The notes under the pieces were generated by a model. The model was given only the letters and a program-made list of their open reading frames with translations. It had not been told where the DNA came from and did no database searches. Position numbers and translations under genes: made by a program. From Kiritimatiellia bacterium (lineage in GTDB: Bacteria > Verrucomicrobiota > Kiritimatiellia > CAIQIC01 > Lenti-01): a DNA stretch of 64,000 nucleotides. The stretch spans positions 1,471 to 65,470 of the forward strand of contig JAXGNL010000009.1 of NCBI GenBank assembly GCA_040768005.1. The letters are read 5' to 3'. Of the stretch, positions 40,131-47,844 are shown piece by piece. Positions within the stretch are counted from its first letter, which is position 1; the number at the start of each line of letters is the position of its first letter.

Positions 40131-41533
40131 TCCGAATGCCAAACCGCCTGTCCATTCCGCTGTGTCGCCTGCTGCTGGGCCTGTGCGCGGCCGGGGTGCT
40201 TCCGGCCCGGGCCCAGGCCCCGGCGCTGCGCTCCGGGCGGTCGGGGCGGGCCTCCATGTACAGCGCGGATCGCCGCTTCATGGTGTCCGGGCTCAGCTCC
40301 TCGGAGAACATGGTATTGGCCGGCCGGCTGGCCGACCTGGCCGCCCAGGTGGAGAAAACCACCGGCATGCCCCTGCCGATGGAGCGCGGCCAGGTGCTGG
40401 GCGTCATGGTCCAGAGCTCTTCCTCGCCGGACGCCGGCATCCTGAAGATGCAGGGATGGGACGGCGGGGGCTTCTACCAGCGCCTGGTCGTGCCCGGCCG
40501 CTACCGGCTCGACGGCGAAGACCTGCTGGAAGCGGCCGGCTGGCTGCTGCTGAACCGCTATGCCGCCGGCTACACCCCGTCCGCCGGTCGGAGCGGCATC
40601 GGCGCAACGATACCGGAATGGATGTCGGCCGGGCTCGTGCAGAACACCCAGGCCGCCCTGCACTCCCGCAACCGCGACTGGATCGTCCGGGAACTGGCCG
40701 ACGGCCGCCACATGACCCTGTCCGCCATTGTCCGGCTGGAAAGCCTGCCCCCCGGCCGCTGGCGGGAAAAAGCCTATGCCGCCGCCGCCATGGAATTTCT
40801 CTTTCCGGACGGCGATTTGAATGCCTGGGCCGCTCTTTTCAAGGCCGTCGGCACGCGCCGGGCGATCGATGCCGCCTGGCTGCGGGAACACAGCGCCGCG
40901 CTGGCCGGGCCGCAGCATCCCGAGACCGTCTGGCGCGAGCATCTGGCGGAGCGCGCGCGCGCCCGCACGATCGCGGCCTGGAGCGATCGCGGCCTGCAGC
41001 TGGAGGAAAACCTGCTGCGCACGCTGAACATCCGTCCCCGGACCCTGGTGGCCGGCGTGCCCGACGACGTGCCCGAGGAACTGTTTGCCAAAGACCTGAT
41101 GGACTACCGCGGGCAGGAATGGACCGGCCCCCTGGCCGCCGCGCTGTCGCTTCAGGTGCAGAGCCTGAGGCTGGGCGCGCCGCCCCTGCTGCAGGACGTG
41201 CTCGCTTCCTACGCCGCCTACTTCGATCAGCTGACCCGGCCTCCGGAGGCCAAAACCCCGTGGTGGCGCCGCCGCCGCCGCACTCCCGAAGACCTGCGGC
41301 CGCCCGATGACGCCACCTGGCAGGTGGCCCTCAATCAGCTCTGGCTGCGGGCCGAACACGCCCATCAGCGATTCCTCGAGCGTCACCAGACCCGCAAGCG
41401 CTACGTGGACGCCTTCGACCGGCCCGAACCCGGCCGCCTCGAGGAAACCGTCCCCGCCGCCGATCTGCCCCGCACCCGCTGGCAGCGCTACGTCGATGAG
41501 GTCGAGCAACGGCTGAACCAAGCGGGGTACTGA
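40127..41533 (+). CDS. secreted hypothetical protein
   Basis: 468 aa. Signal peptide [17 protein letters not shown]. No recognisable family. Confidence 0.55.
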
Positions 41534-41545
41534 AAAAGCCGGTTG

Positions 41546-41996
41546 TGTCCACAGATGTCACAGATGGACACAGAGTAGAGAAGGAGGACCAGATGAAGAA
41601 AGAAGACCCGGATCCGCAGACCTATGCCATTATCGGTGCGGCCATGGAGGTTCACCGTGACTTGGGGCATGGTTTTCTTGAAGCCGTTTAGCAGGAGGCC
41701 CTGGCGATTGAGTTTGGCTTGCGGGGGATCCCTTTTGAACGGGAGAAGGAAATCGAGGTGGTGTTCAAAGGGGTCATATTGAAAACCGGGTATCGGGCGG
41801 ATTTTCTATGCTATGGGGAGATTCCCGTTGAGACCAAGGCGATCCAGGCGCTGACCGGCAACGACGAAGCCCAGATCATCAACTATCTGAAGGGAACCAA
41901 AACACACCGCGGGCTGTTGTTAAATTTCGGGGCACCACGCCTGGAGTACTTGCGACGGGTCTTTTAATCTGTGCCCATCTGTGACATCTGTGGACA
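41546..41996. mobile_element. 451-bp unit: GxxExxY gene bounded by 28-bp inverted repeats
   Basis: Left TGTCCACAGATGTCACAGATGGACACAG (41546-41573). The right arm (41969-41996), reverse-complemented, is TGTCCACAGATGTCACAGATGGGCACAG, 27/28 identical. Confidence 0.6.
41593..41967 (+). pseudogene. GxxExxY family (PD-(D/E)XK-like) protein with in-frame TAG
   Basis: AAGGAGG then ATG 41593: MKKEDPDPQTYAIIGAAMEVHRDLGHGFLEAV-TAG-QEALAIEFGLRGIPFEREKEIEVVFKG...RADFLCYGEIPVETKA...AQIINYLKGTKTHRGLLLNFG. The TAG (41689-41691) replaces the signature Tyr. Confidence 0.8.
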
Positions 41997-42020
41997 GAGT
42001 CGGCTCCGGTTGTGGACGGC

Positions 42021-42371
42021 CTACTTCTCCTTGATCATCACCAGCGCCATTTTAAAGGCCTGGACGGCGTGAAGGGCGTGGGGGAGGTTGGCGGGCATGA
42101 TGACCATCTCGCCGGCCTTGGCCCGCACCGTTTTGCCGTCAATGGTGATCCGCACCGCGCCGTCGAGAATCCAGACCATGGCGTCATAGGGGGCCGAATG
42201 CGTGCTCAGGCCCTGTCCCTTGTCGAAGGCAAACAGGGTGACCGTGCCGGCTTTTTTGCCGATGACCGTTCGGCTGACGACGGCGCCCGGCGCCACCTCC
42301 ACCAGGCCGGCCATCGCAATCGCCCGGGACATCAGGCTCTCGGTTGTCTTCGCTTTGCTGCGGTTCGTCAT
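42021..42371 (-). CDS. cupin domain protein
   Basis: ATG 42371: MTNRSKAKTTESLMS...GTVTLFAFDKGQGLSTHSAPYDAMVWILDGAVRITIDGK...AGEMVIMPANLPHAL. Confidence 0.75.
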   Translation of the reverse strand: MTNRSKAKTTESLMSRAIAMAGLVEVAPGAVVSRTVIGKKAGTVTLFAFDKGQGLSTHSAPYDAMVWILDGAVRITIDGKTVRAKAGEMVIMPANLPHALHAVQAFKMALVMIKEK

Positions 42372-42492
42372 GGGGTGCTCCTGATCTGGCAATGGAATAC
42401 CACTATACGGCGGAGGGACGGATTTGCAAACGGGGGGCAGGGAAAACGTCCGGGCTTCGCCTGGCCGCCCGGGTGTGATAGGGTCGCCCCCC

Positions 42493-43617
42493 ATGAGCAC
42501 ACCTTTTGAGATGATCGGCACCGTGGAAGAGCTGCACCGCGCGGTGGAGCGGATGCGCGGGGAAAGCGCCGTTGCGCTGGATACCGAGTTTGTGTGGGAG
42601 AAGACCTACTACGCGCAGCTGGGGCTGGTCCAGGCCGCGCTGGCCGACGGCACCTGCTTCCTGTTCGATGCCGTGGCGCTGCCGGACCTCGCGCCGCTGG
42701 GCGAAATCCTGGGCGACCGCCGGATCGTCAAGCTGCTGCACGATGCCCCCCAGGATCTGATGATCCTGCGCCGGGCCACGGGCGCTGTCGCCCAGACCAT
42801 CTTCGATACCCGCCTGGCGGCCGGCTTTGCCGGCCTGGCGTCCACGCTGTCCCTCGGCCGTCTGCTGGAAGAAGTGATGGGCATCCAGCTGGCCAAGGCC
42901 CATACCCGGGCGGACTGGCGGGCGCGTCCCCTGGCGCCGGAAGTGCTCGACTACGCGGCCGACGATGTTGTCCACCTGCCGGAGCTGGCTGCGCGCCTCC
43001 GCGAACGCGCGCGCGCGTCCGGCATCGAAGCCTGGCTCGACGAAGAGCTGGCGTCGCTGGATGCGCCGGACGTGACGGAAGACAAGTCCCCCCTGGAGGC
43101 CTGGCGCCGCATCCGGGTGATGCCGCCGCCGCCGCCGCGCGTCCTGGCCGTGCTGCGCGAACTGGCCGCCTGGCGGGAAGAGCAGGCGCGCCGGGCCGAT
43201 CTGCCCCGCCGATGGCTGATGGAAGACCGGGTCCTGGCGGATACGGCCCTGCAAATGCCCCGGTCGAAGGAGGACCTGGCCCGGGTTCCCGGGCTGTCGG
43301 CCAAGACCCTCCAGCGTCGCGGCGACGACCTGCTGGCGGCCGTGGCGCGAGGCCTGGAATGCCCGGAAGAAGACCTGCCCGAGCCGGAACCCGCTGCCCG
43401 GCGCGATGCCCCGTTTCGTCAGGCGCTGGACTCCGCCCTGAAAGCCATTCAAACCCATGCCGCCGGCATGGGGCTGGATCCGGCCCTGGTCTGCAGCCGG
43501 CGCGACCTGGCCGCCTGTTTGCAGGCGGAGGAGGCAGAGACATCCCTTCACCCCTTGCGTCGCGGCTGGCGGGCGGAATTTCTCCGACGGGCTTCCATCC
43601 CGTTGTCCCCGCCATAA
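42493..43617 (+). CDS. rnd: ribonuclease D
   Basis: ALDTEFVWEKTYYAQLGLVQ..., KLLHDAPQDL, YAADDVVHL (DEDDy exonuclease motifs) plus an HRDC-like region. Confidence 0.85.
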   Translation: MSTPFEMIGTVEELHRAVERMRGESAVALDTEFVWEKTYYAQLGLVQAALADGTCFLFDAVALPDLAPLGEILGDRRIVKLLHDAPQDLMILRRATGAVAQTIFDTRLAAGFAGLASTLSLGRLLEEVMGIQLAKAHTRADWRARPLAPEVLDYAADDVVHLPELAARLRERARASGIEAWLDEELASLDAPDVTEDKSPLEAWRRIRVMPPPPPRVLAVLRELAAWREEQARRADLPRRWLMEDRVLADTALQMPRSKEDLARVPGLSAKTLQRRGDDLLAAVARGLECPEEDLPEPEPAARRDAPFRQALDSALKAIQTHAAGMGLDPALVCSRRDLAACLQAEEAETSLHPLRRGWRAEFLRRASIPLSPP

Positions 43618-43682
43618 ATAATCCACCCTCCCGCCGGCGAAAAACAGCTGACTCGTCCGGAGGCTTTTGCTACAGTGGCCCC

Positions 43683-44438
43683 ATGAACAAACGGACCTGG
43701 TTCTGGTTGGCGGGGATATGGCTCCTCGGTGCGGTTTGGACTTTCGGGCAGGATGGGCAGATTGATGCCGACCGCTACCGGCAGAGCCTCAACCGGGGCA
43801 GCGAATGCGTGTACGACGAAGCCGGGGTGTTCACTCCGGAGCAGAAGGCGGACCTGATCCGGCGCATCGAGGCGGCCTGGGAGGCCGATCAGGGGGCGCT
43901 GGTGGTCGCGGCCGTGAAAACCCTCCATGGCGGGGAAATCAACGACTTCGCCAACCAGCTGTTCCAGCAATGGGGCATCGGGGAGAAGGGCAAGGACAAC
44001 GGCATCCTGCTGCTGGCGGCGATCGAAGACCGGAAAGTGCGCATTGAACCGGGCTACGGATTCGAGGGAGTGCTGACCGATGCCCGCTGCGGGCGGATCC
44101 TGGACGAACATATCCTGCCGCACTTCAAGGCCGGCGATTATGCCGCCGGGCTGGCCGCGGGGGCAGAGGCCCTGCTGCAGGTCATGGCCGGCGAGGAAAT
44201 CCCGGAAGCCGCCGCCGCTCAGGGCAGTCCCGTCGCGGGACTGGTCGTGGCGCTGATCTTCGTCCTGATCTTCGGACTGATCATCTGGTCGGCCATTCGC
44301 GGGGCCAAGTCCGGCCGCGGCGGCGGGGGGGTATCGGGCGGCGGGGGCGGATTTTCCGGCGGGGGCGGGGGCGGCAGCAGTTTCGGCGGATTCGGCGGCG
44401 GCCGCTCAGGCGGCGGCGGTGCCAGCCGCGGATGGTGA
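43683..44438 (+). CDS. TPM-domain (YgcG-like) protein with Gly-rich tail
   Basis: VYDEAGVFTPEQKADL..., GILLLAAIEDRKVRIEPGYGFEG, one TM helix, then a GGGGFSGGGGG tail. Confidence 0.8.
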   Translation: MNKRTWFWLAGIWLLGAVWTFGQDGQIDADRYRQSLNRGSECVYDEAGVFTPEQKADLIRRIEAAWEADQGALVVAAVKTLHGGEINDFANQLFQQWGIGEKGKDNGILLLAAIEDRKVRIEPGYGFEGVLTDARCGRILDEHILPHFKAGDYAAGLAAGAEALLQVMAGEEIPEAAAAQGSPVAGLVVALIFVLIFGLIIWSAIRGAKSGRGGGGVSGGGGGFSGGGGGGSSFGGFGGGRSGGGGASRGW

Positions 44439-44468
44439 TGTGAAACAAGTGCGGAAAAGGAGCGAATC

Positions 44469-45035
44469 ATGAACAAAGGTTGTTTGCTGGCCGCGGTTGC
44501 CGGCGTGGTGGTGCTGCTCGTGGTCCTGCTGACCTGGATGGGCATGTACAACGGCATCGTGACGCAGGATGAAGAATGCAACAAAGCCTGGGCCAACGTG
44601 GAGTCGGTGCTGCAGCGCCGCTTCGACCTGATTCCCAACCTGGTCAATACCGTCAAGGGCTATGCCGAGCATGAAAAAGGGATCCTCGAGGAAGTGACCC
44701 GCCTGCGCAGCCAGTGGGGCGAGGCCCAGACCACGGAGCAGAAGGCCGGCGTGGCCTCCATGCTGGAAGGCGCGCTGGGTCGCCTGATGGTCGTGGTGGA
44801 AAACTATCCCGACCTGAAGGCCAACCAGAACTTCATTTCCCTGCAGGATGAACTGGCCGGCACCGAAAACCGGATCAATGTCGAACGCCAGCGCTACAAC
44901 AGCGCCGTCCAGGGCTACAACACCACCATCCGGCGCATGCCGACCGCCCTGGTGGCGCGGATCTCCGGGTTCCAGCCCCGCACGCCGTTCGAGGCCGCGC
45001 AGGGCGCCGAAACCGCCCCGACCGTCCAGTTTTAG
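44469..45035 (+). CDS. lemA: LemA family protein
   Basis: 188 aa. RRFDLIPNLVNTVKGYAEHEK..., ENYPDLKANQNF..LQDELAGTENRI...RYN..V..YN. Confidence 0.9.
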   Translation: MNKGCLLAAVAGVVVLLVVLLTWMGMYNGIVTQDEECNKAWANVESVLQRRFDLIPNLVNTVKGYAEHEKGILEEVTRLRSQWGEAQTTEQKAGVASMLEGALGRLMVVVENYPDLKANQNFISLQDELAGTENRINVERQRYNSAVQGYNTTIRRMPTALVARISGFQPRTPFEAAQGAETAPTVQF

Positions 45036-45250
45036 CTGCGGGATTCACGCCGGGACACGTGCGGCGGAAAACCCGGACGCGTCCCGGTTCTCCCCGGGCC
45101 GGGCGGGGGCTGTTGCAGACCAGAGGACTCTCTTTGAAAGCGGTCCGGCTTCAGGGGGGAACGTCACTCCCGTCGCCGGCCTCCGGCAATCCTCTGGCCC
45201 CATCCGGGCTTCCGCCCCGCGAGCACAATACAGGCGCCCCCGCCGGGCTT

Positions 45251-45307
45251 GTTCAACCCGGGATTGCAGCGAGGCTTCGCACGCAACTGATCCCTGCTTT
45301 GTTCAAC
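45251..45307 (-). repeat. candidate terminal attC (cassette 14)
   Basis: TTCAACCCGGGATTGCAGCGAGGCTTCGCACGCAACTGATCCCTGCTTTGTTCAAC. CAAC and GTTCAAC boxes, CCGGGAT/ATCCCTG pairing. Weaker than the other attC sites. Confidence 0.4.
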
Positions 45308-45311
45308 GCAT

Positions 45312-45713
45312 TCATTGTTTGTTCAACAGGATCCCGTCGGCAGTGTAGACGAGTATATTGGTTGCGGTAACTCTGTAGTGAAGATTCAAGGTCTTCGTCA
45401 CATAATCAAGCGCATCGCGCATTGTGATTCTCCGCAGATTCAGAGTGAGAGGAGGAAGATTGGAGCATGCCGGTAGAGAGCGATCTAATATGACTGGCCG
45501 GGGAACAGGCGGAGCGTTGATATCCATCAGGCCAATGGGCCTCATGTCGTCAGCTTCGGGCATCATGATTATTCCGGAAATCATGAATTCCAGCACATCC
45601 GTGGCATTCCCGTCACGGAATATGCATGTGGGGATAATCATGGTGTCCAGCCGGTCGCCGATTGTCCCAGATTGTGCATTTGTATATGCGAAAGCGGACG
45701 TCCATGCCGCCAA
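45312..45713 (-). CDS. hypothetical protein fragment with PVC-type IIP..F...DVL.F / LTLNL..I...DAL.Y repeat domain, probably 5'-truncated
   Basis: ...DRLDTMIIPTCIFRDGNATDVLEFM...LTLNLRRITMRDALDYVTKTLNLHYRVTATNILVYT. No signal peptide. The ORF starts at the edge of the intron remnant. Confidence 0.5.
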   Translation of the reverse strand: MAAWTSAFAYTNAQSGTIGDRLDTMIIPTCIFRDGNATDVLEFMISGIIMMPEADDMRPIGLMDINAPPVPRPVILDRSLPACSNLPPLTLNLRRITMRDALDYVTKTLNLHYRVTATNILVYTADGILLNKQ

Positions 45714-45723
45714 GAACAGAAAT

Positions 45724-46165
45724 GCGATATGAAGGCCGGGTCACGGGGCGAGGTGGCACAACACACGGAAGCCCTTGATCTAGTGGACAAGGAAAATCGC
45801 GCGGTGGCGCAGCGGAAGTTCACGTTCTTATCTGGGGAGATTCCCAGGAGGAAATGCCTTGGGAAGTCCGTAGCGGCCATAGTAGCGCTGAAGCCCGTGT
45901 AAGCGGAGGGAGCGAAGGGCCGAACCGGTCGGCTGGCACTCGACCGCGGGATGGACATTGGAGCTGTTGACGCCCGATGGGGCCAGGTCTTCAATGAGTG
46001 CCGTTCCGGGGGAAGCATGGAGTGCCTGGGGCGGGGTCTTCGGATTCAGCCGTGCGGTTGGGGTTCATCCCTGATCGTCTGACCGGAACCGCCGGATGCG
46101 GAGCCGCATGTCCGGTGGTGTGGGAGTTGGGGCCGGCTCATTAGGGCCGGCTCCGGCGACCCGAT
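45724..46165 (+). mobile_element. group II intron remnant (ORF-less, 5'-truncated)
   Basis: GGCCGGGTCACGGGG..GGTGGCACAACACACGGAAGCCC...GTTCACGTTCTTATCTGGGGAGAT...CATAGTAGC aligns with 48023-48190 of the full intron. The 3' end CCCGAT|TCGGC parallels CCTCGAT|TCGCA of the full copy. Confidence 0.6.
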
Positions 46166-46178
46166 TCGGCGCCTTCAT

Positions 46179-46481
46179 CTACGCCATGGCAAAGGCTTGT
46201 ACTTCTTGCTCCAGCCGATCACCGAGCTTGTCTTGTTCCTGTTCCAGGTCAAAATGCGCCTGTAGGTTCAGCCAGAACTGCGGCGAGATGCCGAAATACC
46301 GGCCAAGCCGCAGGGCGGTATCCGCAGTCACGCTACGGGTGCCATGCACGATCTCATTGATTCGCCGTGGCGGGACGCTGATGTCGCGCGACAGGCGATA
46401 CTGGGAAATACCCATGGGGGCCAGAAATTCCTCCATGAGAATCTCGCCGGGATGGACGGGGGGCATTTTGTTGGTTCTCAT
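46179..46481 (-). CDS. higA: HigA antitoxin (XRE HTH)
   Basis: ATG 46481: MRTNKMPPVHPGEILMEEFLAPMGISQYRLSRDISVPPRRINEIVHGTRSVTADTALRLGRYFGISPQFWLNLQ. Confidence 0.9.
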   Translation of the reverse strand: MRTNKMPPVHPGEILMEEFLAPMGISQYRLSRDISVPPRRINEIVHGTRSVTADTALRLGRYFGISPQFWLNLQAHFDLEQEQDKLGDRLEQEVQAFAMA

Positions 46482-46491
46482 GTCTTTTCTC

Positions 46492-46771
46492 CTAATGATA
46501 ATCCACAATCTCAACATCATGCGCGGCCTTCTCTCCATCGAAAGCAAATGCGCCATTGGTCATTGATCCGAATGCTATGCTGTCCCGCTCGGTTGCCGGC
46601 CAGAGCTTCCAGCCGGTTCCCAGGCGGTACCCGCAGAGAGATCAAATCCGGCGCCGCATCAATCATCCAGAGTTTCCGCAAGGCCGTCCGCTGAATGTCA
46701 TGGGGGAGCTTTCGCACAACCTCCCGCCGGAATATCTTTTCAGCCTCCGGGCTTCTGAATGACTTGATCAT
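46492..46771 (-). pseudogene. higB: HigB toxin (RelE/ParE superfamily), last 10 codons in another frame as read
   Basis: MIKSFRSPEAEKIFRRE...LRVPPGNRLEALAGNRAGQHSIRINDQWRICFRWREG then TGA. The expected ending AHDVEIVDYH-TAG is in the +1 frame and finishes just before the higA RBS. Confidence 0.8.
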
Positions 46772-46828
46772 GGGCAGAACATAACGCGCCGCGGTAATAT
46801 CGTCAAGCGTTACTATTCAGTTTCTTTC

Positions 46829-46893
46829 GGTGAACGTCAGCGTTCTCCGGACGGCGCACTTTGTGCGACGTACGGAGCAACGCCTTGTTCGCC
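46829..46893 (-). repeat. attC (cassette 12)
   Basis: GGTGAACGTCAGCGTTCTCCGGACGGCGCACTTTGTGCGACGTACGGAGCAACGCCTTGTTCGCC. Confidence 0.85.
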
Positions 46894-46897
46894 GACT

Positions 46898-47239
46898 TTA
46901 TTCATATGATGTGAATAGCGCTTGGATCTGCCCTTCGCCGTTGTATACCACGTCTAGGGGGCAGTTCGTATCCTTTAGGATATGATATTGAATCATCCTT
47001 TCATCTTCTTTGAGCGAGTAACTATGTCCCCATAAGGATTGGGAGGGGGATATAGGCTTACTGTTATAGCTCCATATCATTCCCTCAAGCTCGGTCTGCG
47101 TTTGAGCCTTCATCCACCGGGTTTCATTCATAAGGCAGAAGGCATAATGTCCGCTATCAGTCTTAAATAGCCATAAGCACAATGCGACAGAGATGCCGAC
47201 TATCGCCAATAGGGTATATTTAATAATCGGCGCTTTCAT
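46898..47239 (-). CDS. cassette ORF, membrane-anchored protein of unknown function
   Basis: 113 aa. MKAPIIKYTLLAIVGISVALCLWLF anchor. Fills the cassette between attC 12 and attC 11. Confidence 0.6.
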   Translation of the reverse strand: MKAPIIKYTLLAIVGISVALCLWLFKTDSGHYAFCLMNETRWMKAQTQTELEGMIWSYNSKPISPSQSLWGHSYSLKEDERMIQYHILKDTNCPLDVVYNGEGQIQALFTSYE

Positions 47240-47246
47240 TTCTTAG

Positions 47247-47311
47247 TTCCAACGTCAGCGTTCTCCGGACGGCGCACCTTGTGCGACGTACGGAGCAACG
47301 CCTTGTTGGGA
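47247..47311 (-). repeat. attC (cassette 11)
   Basis: TTCCAACGTCAGCGTTCTCCGGACGGCGCACCTTGTGCGACGTACGGAGCAACGCCTTGTTGGGA. The core differs from attC 12 at one position. Confidence 0.85.
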
Positions 47312-47776
47312 TTCTTTTCTTTCATAAAGGAATTGGATGCGATGCGATTCAATATCGTCAGCCAATGTAAACCACTCACCGATGGGGAGTGGTAGCTCGG
47401 TTTCGGTTGAAAATGAAGTTAACACGGGTTGCATCAGGACCAGTTCTCCAATAGTGTAGGGAACCCAGTCCGATAGTTTATGACAGTCAATCTTAAGTAT
47501 GCACCGCACGCTCATTTCAGCTTCTTCAATCACATCAACCGAAATATAATAACCTAGTCCGGTGCGCTCGAATTTAGTCGGACGCCCATCGTTTTCGTAT
47601 TCAGTGGGGTACTCGAGAAAGAAATCATATGGGCGTTCGCCCGTCTTTCCGTTGATGGGAACGGTAAAAACCAAGTTAGTTGTTTCGGGGAATATGACAC
47701 TAAGTTTGTCGGCGCCAAAGGCCGTTAGCGAAATAAGGGCTGTAGTGAAAAGGGCAACGTAATATCTTGTAGTCAT
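47255..47776 (-). CDS. cassette ORF, secreted protein of unknown function
   Basis: 173 aa. Signal peptide MTTRYYVALFTTALISLTAFGA. The 3' end runs into attC 11. Confidence 0.6.
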   Translation of the reverse strand: MTTRYYVALFTTALISLTAFGADKLSVIFPETTNLVFTVPINGKTGERPYDFFLEYPTEYENDGRPTKFERTGLGYYISVDVIEEAEMSVRCILKIDCHKLSDWVPYTIGELVLMQPVLTSFSTETELPLPIGEWFTLADDIESHRIQFLYERKESQQGVAPYVAQGAPSGER

Positions 47777-47790
47777 AGTTCTTCTCTCTT

Positions 47791-47844
47791 AATCACGGGT
47801 CAGGGGACCCGACACCTTGTGGCGGGTACCCTGGACCCGCTTGT
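47791..47844 (-). repeat. attC (cassette 10), interrupted by group II intron
   Basis: AATCACGGGTCAGGGGACCCGACACCTTGTGGCGGGTACCCTGGACCCGCTTGT, completed by TCGCA at 49645-49649. This gives GCTTGTTCGCA, as in the other attC right boxes. The left box is degenerate (CAC instead of AAC). Confidence 0.7.

Noticed and set aside
45724-46165. Possibility that this is an autonomous small RNA gene or a riboswitch for higA.
   Set aside because: Its sequence similarity to the internal part of the full group II intron, and the shared 3' junction motif, explain it better as an intron remnant.
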